A stretch of DNA of 64,000 nucleotides, from NCBI RefSeq assembly GCF_009914755.1, contig NC_060931.1; one strand, 5' to 3'. The notes below the pieces were generated by a model. That model did no database searches. It was not told the origin of the DNA and was given only the letters and a program-made list of their open reading frames with translations. Positions 40,192-64,000 of this stretch are shown here, piece by piece. The translations under genes were made by a program, and so were the position numbers. Position 1 is the stretch's first letter. Every line of letters begins with the position of its first letter. The DNA comes from the human T2T-CHM13v2.0 reference genome, Homo sapiens.

Positions 40192-41355
40192 TAAAAGGCC
40201 GCTATAGGGGAACTGCCCTGGGATCTTAGACTCCAGTTAGCACCAGAAAAACATACTAGGAAAAAGCTAAGGATGAAAGTACATTTCCTTTGTGGAATAG
40301 ACAACAGGGCCTTGGAAGCTTCTTACTTGCAGGGCAGGTGGCTAAGATGGGCAGCTGGACAACTGCTAAACTGGCTTGTTTCTAAAAGTCTGAATTTACA
40401 TGGTTTCAAGTTTCTCTGCTGGTGTACTTGGCCACTAGGTGGTGACTGAGGCTTGTGGCTCTGAGGCTTCTGCTGGAAGGTGGCAGAATTGCCATGCTCT
40501 GCCCGAGGTTGAGCAGGGAGGAATTTTAGCCCTGCCTGAAATATGAAGGGAAACTGACCTGGGGACGGGCCAAGGCTAGACTGAGCCCTGGCTCTGTCAG
40601 AATGGCCCCTAGCCCCAGCAGCAGGATGGAATGTCAGTCTAAAATGAGAAGGCTTGGCCAGGTACGGTGGCTCATGCCAATAATCCCAGCACTTTGTGAG
40701 GCCAAGGCAGGTGGATCACTTGAGGCCAGGAGTTCAAGACAAGCCTGGCCAACATGGGGAAACCCCATCTCTACTACAAATACAAAAACTAGCCTGGTGT
40801 GGTGGTGGGTACCCGTAATCCCATCTACTTGGGAGGCTGAGGCAAGAGAATCGCTTAAACCTCGGAGGTAGTGGCTACAGTGTACTCCAGCCTGGACTAG
40901 AGACAGACTCTGTCTCAGAAAAAAAAAAAAAAAAAAAAAAAAGGGTAGCGGGGCAGTGCTTACAGGGTAGTTGACTATTCCCTGGGTGGTGGGGGGTCTT
41001 TCAGCTCCCAGCAGGAGCTCATATTGGGTTCATTCCCTCGTACTTGTCTAACGAGGGTGGGTAAACGTTTCCCAGAGGCCAGGACTGTCAGGGTATCAGC
41101 CTGGTGAGTCTTCTGGTCGTCATATCCCTTACAGGTGAAGGGAGACTGACGTAGGCTTGACTAATAGCAGAGGTATGTGCAAGGAAGAAAAGCCCAGGGA
41201 AGCTTGCCCAAAGAGTGAGCCATCAAACTCAAGTCTGGCCGGGCGCAGTGGCTCACGCCTGTAATCCCAGCACTTTGGGAGGCCAAGGCAGGTGGATCAC
41301 AAGGTCAGGAGTTCAAGACCAGCCTGGCCAAGATGGTGAAACCCTGTCTCTACTA

Positions 41356-41542
<187 letters not shown>

Positions 41543-42256
41543 TTAAGTCTGAAATGGAAACTCCACAGAAGCAAGTCCAAAAGGCTTCTTTATGTGCCCA
41601 AGGACCTCAGGTCCCAGAAACAACTTGGTCTTGCCTTAGCTGGCAATACAGTGACTACATCCCTGAAGAAAAGTAGCTTGTCAACTAGTCAAGTGGCAGG
41701 TGGCAGCGTCAGAAGCCCAGCTAAGCTGCTAGCTATTAAGGTGTCTACCACTCACCTCGGTCACCTGGGGATGGGCGCGGGTTTAGCAATGCTGAGTTAA
41801 GCCCAGGACTGGCCAGGCACGGATAGCTGGCACCTGTAATCCCAGTATTTTGGGAGGCTGAGGCGGACAGATCACTTGAGCCCAGGAGTTTGAGGCCAGC
41901 TTGGGCAACATGGCAAAACCTCATCTCTGCAAAAAATCCAAAATTAGCCAGGTGTAGTGGCTTGTACCCGTAATTCCAGCTGCTCATGAGGCTGAGGTGG
42001 GAGGATCCCTTGAGCCCAGGAGGTCAAGGCTATAGTGAGTCATCATCATACCACTGTACTCCAGCCTGGGTGACAGGCCCTGTCTCAGAAGCCCAGGGTC
42101 AAGCATGCTCAATGATTGGGTAAGTTTGGAAAAGATCAGGGGAATAAGTGGTGGATTCCAGTCTAAAACTAGTTGCTACTTGCTCTAACATTGGGTAAGT
42201 GAACCTTTACACCATCTTAGAGATGAGGCTCTTCCTTCCCCCTGTTTATTTTATGA

Positions 42257-42412
<156 letters not shown>

Positions 42413-42636
42413 TAGTAGCGATGGGGTTTCACCATGTTGGCCAGGTTGGTCTCGAACTCCTGACCTCAGGTGATCTACCCGCCTTGGGCTCCCAAAGTGC
42501 TGGGATTATAGGTGTGTGCCAACGCACCCGGCCCCTTCTCACTCTTTAAAGGGTTGAGGGTTATAAGAGAACTGGTGTGTTAAACTCCCAGGCACAGCCT
42601 GGAACTCGGCCTGGAAATAGCTGTTATTCCTTGCAG

Positions 42637-42728
42637 ATATACATCACCTGCCACCTGAAGGTCACCCTAGCTGAGCAGGACCCAGATGAACTCAACAAAG
42701 CCTGTTCCTTCAGCAAGCCTTCCAACAG
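42637..42728 (+). CDS. ZP3: ZP3 exon 6 ([30 protein letters not shown])
   Basis: ccttgcag|ATAT ... AACAG|gtgagg; 92 nt. Confidence 0.97.
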
Positions 42729-42861
42729 GTGAGGAGGACAGGTGCTCCGTGACTGGAGTAGAAACTGAATCGGCGACCCCTTGTCTATTTCCCCCAATAT
42801 ATTATCAGCAAACTGCTTCCTGCAGGCAACAAAAATCTAAGCTGCTTCTCTTTCATCTCAG

Positions 42862-42998
42862 CTGGTTCCCAGTGGAAGGCCCGGCTGACATCTGTCAATG
42901 CTGTAACAAAGGTGACTGTGGCACTCCAAGCCATTCCAGGAGGCAGCCTCATGTCATGAGCCAGTGGTCCAGGTCTGCTTCCCGTAACCGCAGGCATG
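42862..42998 (+). CDS. ZP3: ZP3 exon 7 (WFPVEGPADICQCCNKGDCGTPSHSRRQPHVMSQWSRSASRNRRH), Cys cluster and furin site
   Basis: catctcag|CTGG ... CATG|gtatgt; 137 nt. Confidence 0.97.
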
Positions 42999-43224
42999 GT
43001 ATGTCACAGAATGGCCAAGAGGCTGTTCATTGTCCCTTACTCAGTTGAGGGTACCTGCTGTCATTTCAGGGTGATGGTATTTTCCCTTGTCCTCCATTAA
43101 AACTGTTTGTACCTAGGCCTGCAGCTACCTTTCCCTAACACAAATCTTGGGGTTAAGCAGGAGGGGCTCTCAGCCTTCCACCTCGGTGGCAGCCAGGGAG
43201 ATGTGCTGTCATCCTAGGCTTCTA

Positions 43225-43606
<382 letters not shown>

Positions 43607-44228
43607 CTAGCACTTGGGGAGGCTGAGGCCAGGGAAATCGCTTGAGCCCCATGAGTTCTCGACCAGCCTGGGCAACATAGCAAGACCCTGTCTCTACAAA
43701 AAAGATGATGTACTAGGGAATCCCTCTTGGGTGACCTGCTTTCTCCGTATGAGAAAGCTGTCTTTTTCTTTTTTCTTCCCCCTCCCCTGCACCAAGATGG
43801 TGTCTAGCTCTGTCCTCCAGGCTGGAGAGCAATGGCACGATCTCTGCTCACTGAAACCTCTACCTCCCAGGTTCAAGCTATTCTCCTGCCTCAGCCTCCC
43901 AAGTAGCTGAGACTACAGGCATGTGCCACCATGCCCAGTTAACTTTTTTATTTTCAGTAGAGACGGGTCTTGCCGTGTTGGCCAGGCTGGTCTCAAACAC
44001 CTGACCTCAGGTGATCTGCCTGCCTCAGCCTCCCAAAGTGCTGGGATTACAGGCATTAGCCATCACACCTGGGCGAGAAAGCTGTGTTTTTTTTGTCTAG
44101 AAACTGTTTATTAGCCCACACAAAAAAGACAACATATTAGTTTAGCCCACTGAGGCAGAATAAAACCTCCAACCCAGTTCCCGGTTAGGGACTAAGATAA
44201 CCCTTGGTTGTGTGTTCTCCTTTCACAG

Positions 44229-44443
44229 TGACAGAAGAAGCAGATGTCACCGTGGGGCCACTGATCTTCCTGGACAGGAGGGGTGACCATGAAGTAGAGC
44301 AGTGGGCTTTGCCTTCTGACACCTCAGTGGTGCTGCTGGGCGTAGGCCTGGCTGTGGTGGTGTCCCTGACTCTGACTGCTGTTATCCTGGTTCTCACCAG
44401 GAGGTGTCGCACTGCCTCCCACCCTGTGTCTGCTTCCGAATAA
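44229..44443 (+). CDS. ZP3: ZP3 exon 8 ([15 protein letters not shown]...TM helix...HPVSASE*)
   Basis: tttcacag|TGAC; external hydrophobic patch, TM helix [26 protein letters not shown] at 44441-44443. Confidence 0.97.
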
Positions 44444-44480
44444 AAGAAGAAAGCAATATCTGGTCGTGGTGTGGTGGTCA
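44439..44480 (+). terminator. ZP3: ZP3 poly(A) signal AATAAA overlapping the stop codon, with a downstream GU-rich element
   Basis: GAA TAA A gives AATAAA at 44439-44444; tggtcgtggtgtggtggt follows from 44461. Confidence 0.88.
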
Positions 44481-44948
44481 GGTGGAAGGTCAGAATTAGT
44501 ACTGACTGTGTCGGGTGGGGACGACTGTATACCACCCGCCCCGTGCACTCACATAGCATAGTCCAGCAAGCACTACTGTGTCTCTACTGTAAACAGGGCA
44601 GGGTTCATGTCCTTAGACAACTATAATCTATCACCTCCATGGGAACCAACATGGAAACTCTTAGATGAAGGTCAGTCTGGCTGGACCCACCTTACTTCTA
44701 GGCTAGCAAAGAATCTTATATCTCTGGCCCCCATGGATTTGACTCTAGACATGGGAGTGGGGAGGAGAGAGCTTCCAGGCCCACTTCTCCAAGGCAAGCA
44801 GGCAGGCAGCTCTGTCCAGATGCTAGAGGCCAGAAGGCCAGTCATGACTGGGCCCTCCCAGTAGGGCGGTGATCAGAGCACTGCTTCTGCCTGGTCTTAG
44901 CTGTCACCTTGGGCTTGAAGCTCTTCTTGGGACATGTTGGTATGAACT

Positions 44949-45025
44949 TGTCAAAGCTGCAGCAAGGGGTGACTGGCACTCTAAGCCATTCCAGGAGGCA
45001 GCCTAATGTCATAAGCCGGTGGTCC
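44949..45025 (+). pseudogene. Degenerate fragment copy of ZP3 exon 7
   Basis: Manual alignment to 42893-42970: 68 of 78 bases identical, a 22-nt exact core, one 1-nt insertion and one 2-nt deletion. Confidence 0.85.
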
Positions 45026-45991
45026 TGAGGTGGCTCTGAGGTGGGTACTTTTGCTTTGGGGGTAGGAAGCCTCAGGAGAGCTGAGAACCTGCTTTGGTTT
45101 TGGTTTTGTTTTGATTTGTCCCTTTTGAGAGAAAGGTCTGGCTGTGTTGCCCAGGCTGGAGTGCAGTAGTATAGTCACAGCTCACTGCAACCTGGAACTC
45201 CTGGTCTCCAGCCATCCTCCTGCCTGAGCTTCCTGAGTTGCTGGGACTACAGGCATGAGCCCCACTGTGCCCAATTTATTCTATTTTTGGTAGGAACTGG
45301 GTCTTGCTATGTTCCCCAAGCTGGCCTCGAACCCCTGGCCTCACGTGATCTCTCTCCTTGGCCTCCAAAAGCACTGGGATTATAGACATGAGGCCTCACT
45401 GTCACTGGGGGGAGCTGCTTCTCAACCTCCCCCTACCTTTATCGCGCTCCCTAAATAGGCTGCTTCCCTCCCCCAGGTTTCAGCCATAGTTCCTAGGAGT
45501 GAGTAAGGGAATGGTGCCCCAAGGAGGGTACCCAGGGAACTTGTGCCCCCTTTGCTGGGGAAGGTGTTCATGGTACCTCTGTGGGAGGCTTCACATCCCT
45601 CAGTAGCTGGCTCCAGCCTTGCCCCAAACTCAAGCCATTCTCACTCGGGGAAGTTCACTTTCGCTGCAGCATCCCAGCCTGGCTGGCTACTTGCTGTGAG
45701 CCTGCCAGTCCTCGTGGGCAACATGGGGGTGGCACCTACTGAGCAGGATTAGGCATAAACTGATGAAAGCTGAAAGATGCTCAGGTGCAACTGGCATGGT
45801 GCTTATCTCTGGCCCGTCTGGCTGAGGGCAGGGCCTCCAGCGTGTTGACTCGGGTACAGACATGTCTATAGTGCATTCAGAGCAAGGTTTGGGTAGCTTT
45901 GGACCTACTGAGAGCAGGAAGGCCTTTGATACCTAAGTGTGGTCTGTGAACGTTGGCATCACCTGAGAATTTGTTAGAAATGTATCATTTA

Positions 45992-46171
<180 letters not shown>

Positions 46172-46326
46172 TTAGCTGGGCATCGTGGTGGGTGCCTGTA
46201 ATCCCAGCTAGCTGGGAGGCTGAAGCAGGAGAATTGCCTGAACCCGGGAGAGGCAGAGGTTTCAGGGGGCTGAGATCACGCCACTGTACTCCAGCCTGGG
46301 CAACAGCAAGACTCCATCTCAAAAAG

Positions 46327-46358
<32 letters not shown>

Positions 46359-47008
46359 CAGGTGATTTGAGTGGTTAAGGGCACTGAGCCAGGGACTTGT
46401 GGCACGAAGGGATTGTTCCGGGTGAGCCGCTTGCGGCCTAAGCAGGTTGTGGTGTGATTTGTAGGGGAGTAACAGGCTGGGGTTCAAAAACGCCAGATAC
46501 AGTGGTTCAGGCCTGTAATGCCAGCACTTTGGGAGACCGAAGTGGGAAGATGGCTTGAGCCTAGGAGCTCAAGACCAGCCTGAGCAACGTGGTGAGACCC
46601 CATCTCTACAAAATATAAAAATTAGCCGAGCACAGTGGTACGTGCCTGTAGTCCCAACTGCTTGGGAAGCTGAGGCTGGAGGATCACTTGAGCCCAGGAA
46701 TTCAAGGCTGCAGTGAGCTGTACTCACTGCCCAGGTCCCAGCCTTGCTGCCTCCTGCTGCGCTCTAGCCAGAGTGACAGAGCAAGACCCTCTCAAAAAAC
46801 AAAATTGCCTAGGGGTTGCAGAGGTAGGCTTCCTGGAGGTGGTGATCCAGAAGCAAATCCTCAACCATGGGGAGGTGGTTGTGGTGGCTCACACCTGTAA
46901 TCTTAGCATTTTGGGAGGCCGAGGCGAGTGGATCACTTGAGACCAGGAGTTCAAGACCAGCCTGGCCAACATAGCAAAACCCCATCTCTACTAAAAATAT
47001 AAAAATTA

Positions 47009-47149
<141 letters not shown>

Positions 47150-47704
47150 TCAAAAAAAAAGAGGGGAGAGAAATGGGAGAATCTGTGCCCTGGGGGCATG
47201 GAAGGCCTCAGTGCCTAGTAAAGAGTGGGGCTTGGCCTGGAGAGGGAGGCCTCATGGGCCAGATAAGGGAGATACTGGCCCATCTAAGCATGCGTGTGCC
47301 GGTAGACTTTCCCTGTCAAGATGATCAACTGGAATGGCAGAGAATGCGGCCTGCAGGCTGGGAGACATCCTTGAAGCCATATCCCCAGGCCCTAGTCCCA
47401 TCTGCCACTCTTTTTTTTTTTTTGAAAGGAGGTCTTGCTATGTTGCCCAGGCTGGACTCCAACTCCTGGGCTCAAGCATTCCTCCTGCCTCAGCCTCCCA
47501 AGCAGCCACAAACCACACCTGGCTTCTTCCTGCCACTTCTAGCTTAGCAGGTAACTTCATCTGTAAAAAGGGGATGACGTGATTTCTTGGGGGAATGAGT
47601 AGAGCGCTTGGTAGAATCATGGCTCATGCAAGAGGTCTCTGAGCCGGGCATGGTGGCTCATGTCTGTAATCCCAGCACTTTGGGAGGCTGAGGTGGGCAG
47701 ATCA

Positions 47705-47974
<270 letters not shown>

Positions 47975-48526
47975 CTACCCCTGACAATCTGTTTACTTAT
48001 CACCATCCTCTTTTCAGATGGGGAAGTTCTTTCCATCAGGATTATAGCAAGGATTGGTCTTCATGGCACACTTGGCATCCAAGCACGTGTTGTTGGAGCT
48101 GTTCTATGAGCCAGGAGACATCGGGGAACGGTTCTTGAAATAAACATCCGTCTCTTCCTTGTACTCAAGTTCTTAGGGGTTGCAACTTTCTGAGAGCTTG
48201 TCCTTTATTCAACTTCTTTTCTCAGCAGAAAGAGGAAGTGGCTGTGTCAGGGGAGGGGAGGAGTTATGACTAAGATGTGGCCGTGAATGTCAGCTCCCTG
48301 CCAGCTCCAGATGGGCCTCAGCAGGATAGTTTCCGTGGGCCTTTGCCAGGAGAGACAGCCTCCAGCAGCAATGTCAGAGGGCTCGGCCTGTCTGCCTCCT
48401 AGGGGAACTAGACTGGAAATGAAAGGCAGTGGCAAGCCACTGAGGGTTCTCTAGACTCCATTGCTTAATCCTCCTCTTTCCCTAAAGTTTCCAGAAGCTT
48501 CCTATTGCATTGGAAAGCCTCTGTAA

Positions 48527-48721
<195 letters not shown>

Positions 48722-48849
48722 TAGTACAGACGGGGTTTCACCATGTTGGCCAGGCTGGTCTTGAACTCCTGACCTCAAGTGCTCCTCCTGCCTCGGCCTA
48801 CCAAAATGTTGGGATTACAGGCATGAGCCACCGCGCCCAGCCAGTTCTC

Positions 48850-56130
<7,281 letters not shown>

Positions 56131-56727
56131 AAAAAAAAACACAATCAATTTGGGCTGGGCGCGGTGGCTCACACCTGTAATTCCAGCACTTTGGGAGGCT
56201 GAGGTGGAGGGATCTCTTGAGCCCAAGAGTTAGAGACCAGCCTGGCCAACATAGTGCAACTCCATCTCTACCAAACAAAATATAAAAATTAGCCAGGCAT
56301 GGTGGTGAGTGCCTGTATTCCCAGCTCCAGAGGCTGAGGTGGGAGGATCACTTGAGCCCAGGAGTTGGAGGCTGCAGTGAGATATGATCCAGCTACTGCA
56401 CTCTAGCCAGGGCAACAGAGCAAGACCCCAACTCAAAAAGAAAAAAAAAAGGAATTTAGATTAAAAAAGAAAAAGGGCTCGAGTTTGAATGCAGTGGCTC
56501 AAGCCTATAATCCCAGCACTCTAAGAGGCTGAGGTAGGAAGATCGCTTGAGCTCAGGAGTTCCAGGCTGCAGTGAGCCGTGATCATATCACTGCACTCTA
56601 GCCTGGACAACAGAGTGAGACCTTGTCTCTAAAACAAAACAAAACAAAACAAAACTTGAGAATGGGCCAGACGCGGTGGCTCACGCCTGTAATCCCAGCA
56701 CTTTGGGAGGCCAAGGCGGGTGGATCA

Positions 56728-57859
<1,132 letters not shown>

Positions 57860-58285
57860 ATAGTAGAAGTTAAAAAAAAAAAATAACTTCTTTAACTCCA
57901 CTCCAGGTGGCATTTCTTAGTGCCTCTGAAGGTTCTGATCTAGAACCAGCCCCCAGCTCACCCAGAGCAAGGAAAGATCATGAAAACCCAAGCAGAAGCA
58001 AGACACTGGGTTCCAGCATCAATGCTAAGGGCTAGAGCATTTTCTGATGTTTTGCTTGGAAAGGCAGAATTTGGTTGTCTAGTGCGTCCACTAATTGGCC
58101 TCCATCTGACACCCTGGAGGGATGGGCTGATTAGAAGCCACAGCTGCTTTGCTCATTATTTCTGATGAATGGACATCACCTGGCGTCTCCGGTGATGGCG
58201 CCAGCTCAGGATCCAGGTGTGACCTGCACAACAAAGAAAAGCAAGATAGCTTTGCAGCCAACATGGTGAAACACCATCTCTATTA

Positions 58286-58525
<240 letters not shown>

Positions 58526-58528
58526 TTA

Positions 58529-58851
<323 letters not shown>

Positions 58852-58942
58852 TCAAAAACAAAAGAAAAGGCTCACCCTTTTCACTGGTTCCCTTGTGGCA
58901 AATCTAAAATAAGGTACGTGTGCTCGCCGTTCATTCATCTGA

Positions 58943-59252
<310 letters not shown>

Positions 59253-59299
59253 TGATCCGCCCGCCTCGGCCTCCCAAAGTGCTAGGATTACAGGCATGA

Positions 59300-59566
<267 letters not shown>

Positions 59567-59595
59567 TAGCCAGGTGCTGGGATTATGGGTATTAG

Positions 59596-60189
<594 letters not shown>

Positions 60190-60736
60190 TGACCTTATGT
60201 GATCCTCCCACCTTGGCCTCCCAAAGTGCTGGGATTAGAGGCATGAGCCACTGTGCCCAGCTGACAGCCCTCTCTAAATCTTTAAAAATTCAGTCAGGCG
60301 TGGTGGCTCATGCCTGTAATCTCAGCACTTTAGGAGGCTGAGGCAAGAGGAATGTGTGAGCCCAGGAGTTTGAGACCAACTTGGGCAATATGGTGAGACC
60401 CTATCTTGACAGAAAATACAAAAATCAGCCTGGCATGGTGGTGCACGCTTGTAGTCCCAGCTACTCAGGAGGCTGAGGCAGGAAGATCACTTGAACCCAG
60501 GAGGTCGAGGCTGCAGTGAGCTATGATCACGCCACTGTACTCCAGCCTGGGAGACACTGTCTCAAAAAATAAATAAATAAAATCTTTAACAATTCTTCAG
60601 CTTATCCCCCTACCTTCTGGGGCTTCTTGGGTCTCTTCCCAGAAACTTTCTTCGTCTGTAAGCCCGTTTATTGTATGCAATTGTTTAAAAAACACAAATG
60701 GGTGCATATTCTCATATTCTCTACCCTCTATTTTGA

Positions 60737-61078
<342 letters not shown>

Positions 61079-61628
61079 TGAGTCGTCCTCATTCCTTCTA
61101 GGGCTACCTAGTGTTCCGGGGTTATTTAACCAGCCCCCTCCTACCAGGCAGTTCTTTTGTCTCTGGCCCTTTGCTACGTATATTAGTTTAAAGTTCACTT
61201 TGCAAGTGGCCAAGCCTGTTTCCCTCATTTCCAGGTTCCCAGGGGGCAGACATCCTGCTGCAATTTCAGAAGTCAGCACACTCTTCTCTCTCCTGTCTAA
61301 AATACAAAAGTCCATGCCCCCCACTCTCCCTCTTGATACTGTCCTATTTTACTTCTTTTCACAACCAGAACTCTTTATTTTTCCCAAATAAAAATAGTCC
61401 GTCTTTTCAGATTTTAAAAATGGAACTCTGGCCGGATGCGGTGGCCCTCACCTGTAATCCCAGCACTTTGGAAGGCTGCAGTGGGCAGATTACCTGAGGT
61501 CAGGAGTTTGAGATCAGCCTGGCTGACATGGTGAAACTCTGTCTCTACTAAAAATACAAAAATTAGCCCGGATGCGGTGGCTCACATCTGTAATCCCAGT
61601 ACTTTGGGAGACCGAGGTGGGCAGATCA

Positions 61629-61925
<297 letters not shown>

Positions 61926-62569
61926 TCACTTGAACCTGGGAGGCGGAGGTTGCAGTGAGCCGAGATTGTGCCATTTCACTCCAGCCTGGACAACAAGAGC
62001 AAAACTCGTCTCAAAAAAAAAAAAAAAAAGGAAAATAAAAATCCCTGATAAAGGATCAATGACCTTAGGATAATGTCATTCCAGGTAAGTATCTTTAACT
62101 GGGTACTTGGTCCTCCAAGATTCAGAGGACCTTGATCCCCCTGAAACTGTATACATAATATTCAACATACATAGTATGTGCACACATGTGCAAACACTCA
62201 CATTATCTAAAATTCATCATAATCTTACCCCGGCTTCTCCCCATACTCCTCAGATCCTGCTATAGCCTAGTGCATTTTCTCCTTCCTCACTCCCTTCCCT
62301 CCATGTGTCCTCTGCCCTGGCCACCAGGAACTTTGTGCTGCCTCCGGAGTGCATGAGGCACTTTCACATCTCTCTTGCTTTACAAGAGCTTCCCTATGCT
62401 CCAACTGGCAAATTTCTCTATGGACTGAAAAACCCACATAGCCTTTATCTGTCTTGTGATGTCTTCTCCCCACCCTCAAGTTAGGCATACCCTTCTATGC
62501 CCTCCTTTATCCAAACATTTTCCCCACTATATCGTAATTGTGTGTTTAAGTGCCGGACTTTCCAACTAG

Positions 62570-63113
<544 letters not shown>

Positions 63114-63210
63114 TGAGCCACTGCGCCCGGACTCCACACCCAGTTAATTTTTGTATTTTTAGTAGAGACGGGGTTTCACCATGTTGGCCAGGATGGTCTC
63201 AATCTCTTGA

Positions 63211-63522
<312 letters not shown>

Positions 63523-64000
63523 TGATGGCCAGGCTGGTCTGGAACTCCCGACCTCAGGTGATCCGCCCACCTCTGCCTCTCAAAGTGCAGGGATTACAGG
63601 CATGAGCCACTGCGCCCAGCCAAGAAACCATTTCTGATTCACCTATTCACTCCCGCACTCCCACTACACAGTAGCTAAATAAATAAATAAATATTAAAAA
63701 TAAATAGGAAAGAAAGAGAGAAAAAAAGAAAAGAAAAAGACAAAAATTTAAATTTAAAAAGGTTGTGCTCGATGGCTCACACTTGCAACCCCAGTGCTTT
63801 GGGAGGCTGAATGAAGCAAGAGGATCGCTTGAGGCCAGGAGTTTGAGATCGGCCTGAGCAACGTTGCAGCATTGCAAAACCCCCATCTGTACAAAAAAGA
63901 AAAATAAAATTAATTTTAAAAACAAAAAAAGAGAAACAGTAGCACATGTATGTACTGGCACCATGTATGTACTAGTAAAAACTAGTTAAAATTAAGTCAG

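Noticed and set aside
45629-45641. A third exon 7-like match (caagccattc)
   Set aside because: Only about 10 nt with no flanking similarity; expected by chance.

Overview
Human genomic DNA, very Alu-dense (by eye at least half the window), recognisable as 7q11.23. It holds the 5' part of SSC4D (SRCRB4D) on the minus strand: a probable non-coding exon 1, the signal-peptide exon, a 36-nt linker exon, the SRCR1 exon and a Pro/Thr linker exon, after which the gene runs off the left edge. It also holds the complete 8-exon ZP3 gene on the plus strand (CDS 27341-44443; exons sum to 1275 nt = 424 aa + stop; all introns GT-AG). The rest is Alu, L1, MIR/L2, MER5 and LTR sequence, including a MER41A-type solo LTR with a 4-bp TSD. 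Almost all other ORFs in the track are Alu or simple-repeat artefacts. I see no wholly new gene system. The most interesting observations are: (1) a chain of SSC4D uORFs ending in an in-frame 10-codon uORF whose TAG abuts the main ATG, probably a broken ancestral N-terminus; (2) a degenerate copy of ZP3 exon 7 about 500 bp past the poly(A) site; (3) intragenic duplications in ZP3 introns 1 and 5, each next to an inverted Alu-Alu fusion; (4) a tandemly duplicated ZP3 promoter E-box unit split by an Alu; (5) an Alu inserted into the 3' splice site of ZP3 intron 3; (6) an Arg31 allele next to an internal acceptor in ZP3 exon 1. Repeat subfamily names, reference alleles and cross-species comparisons are from memory and need checking.
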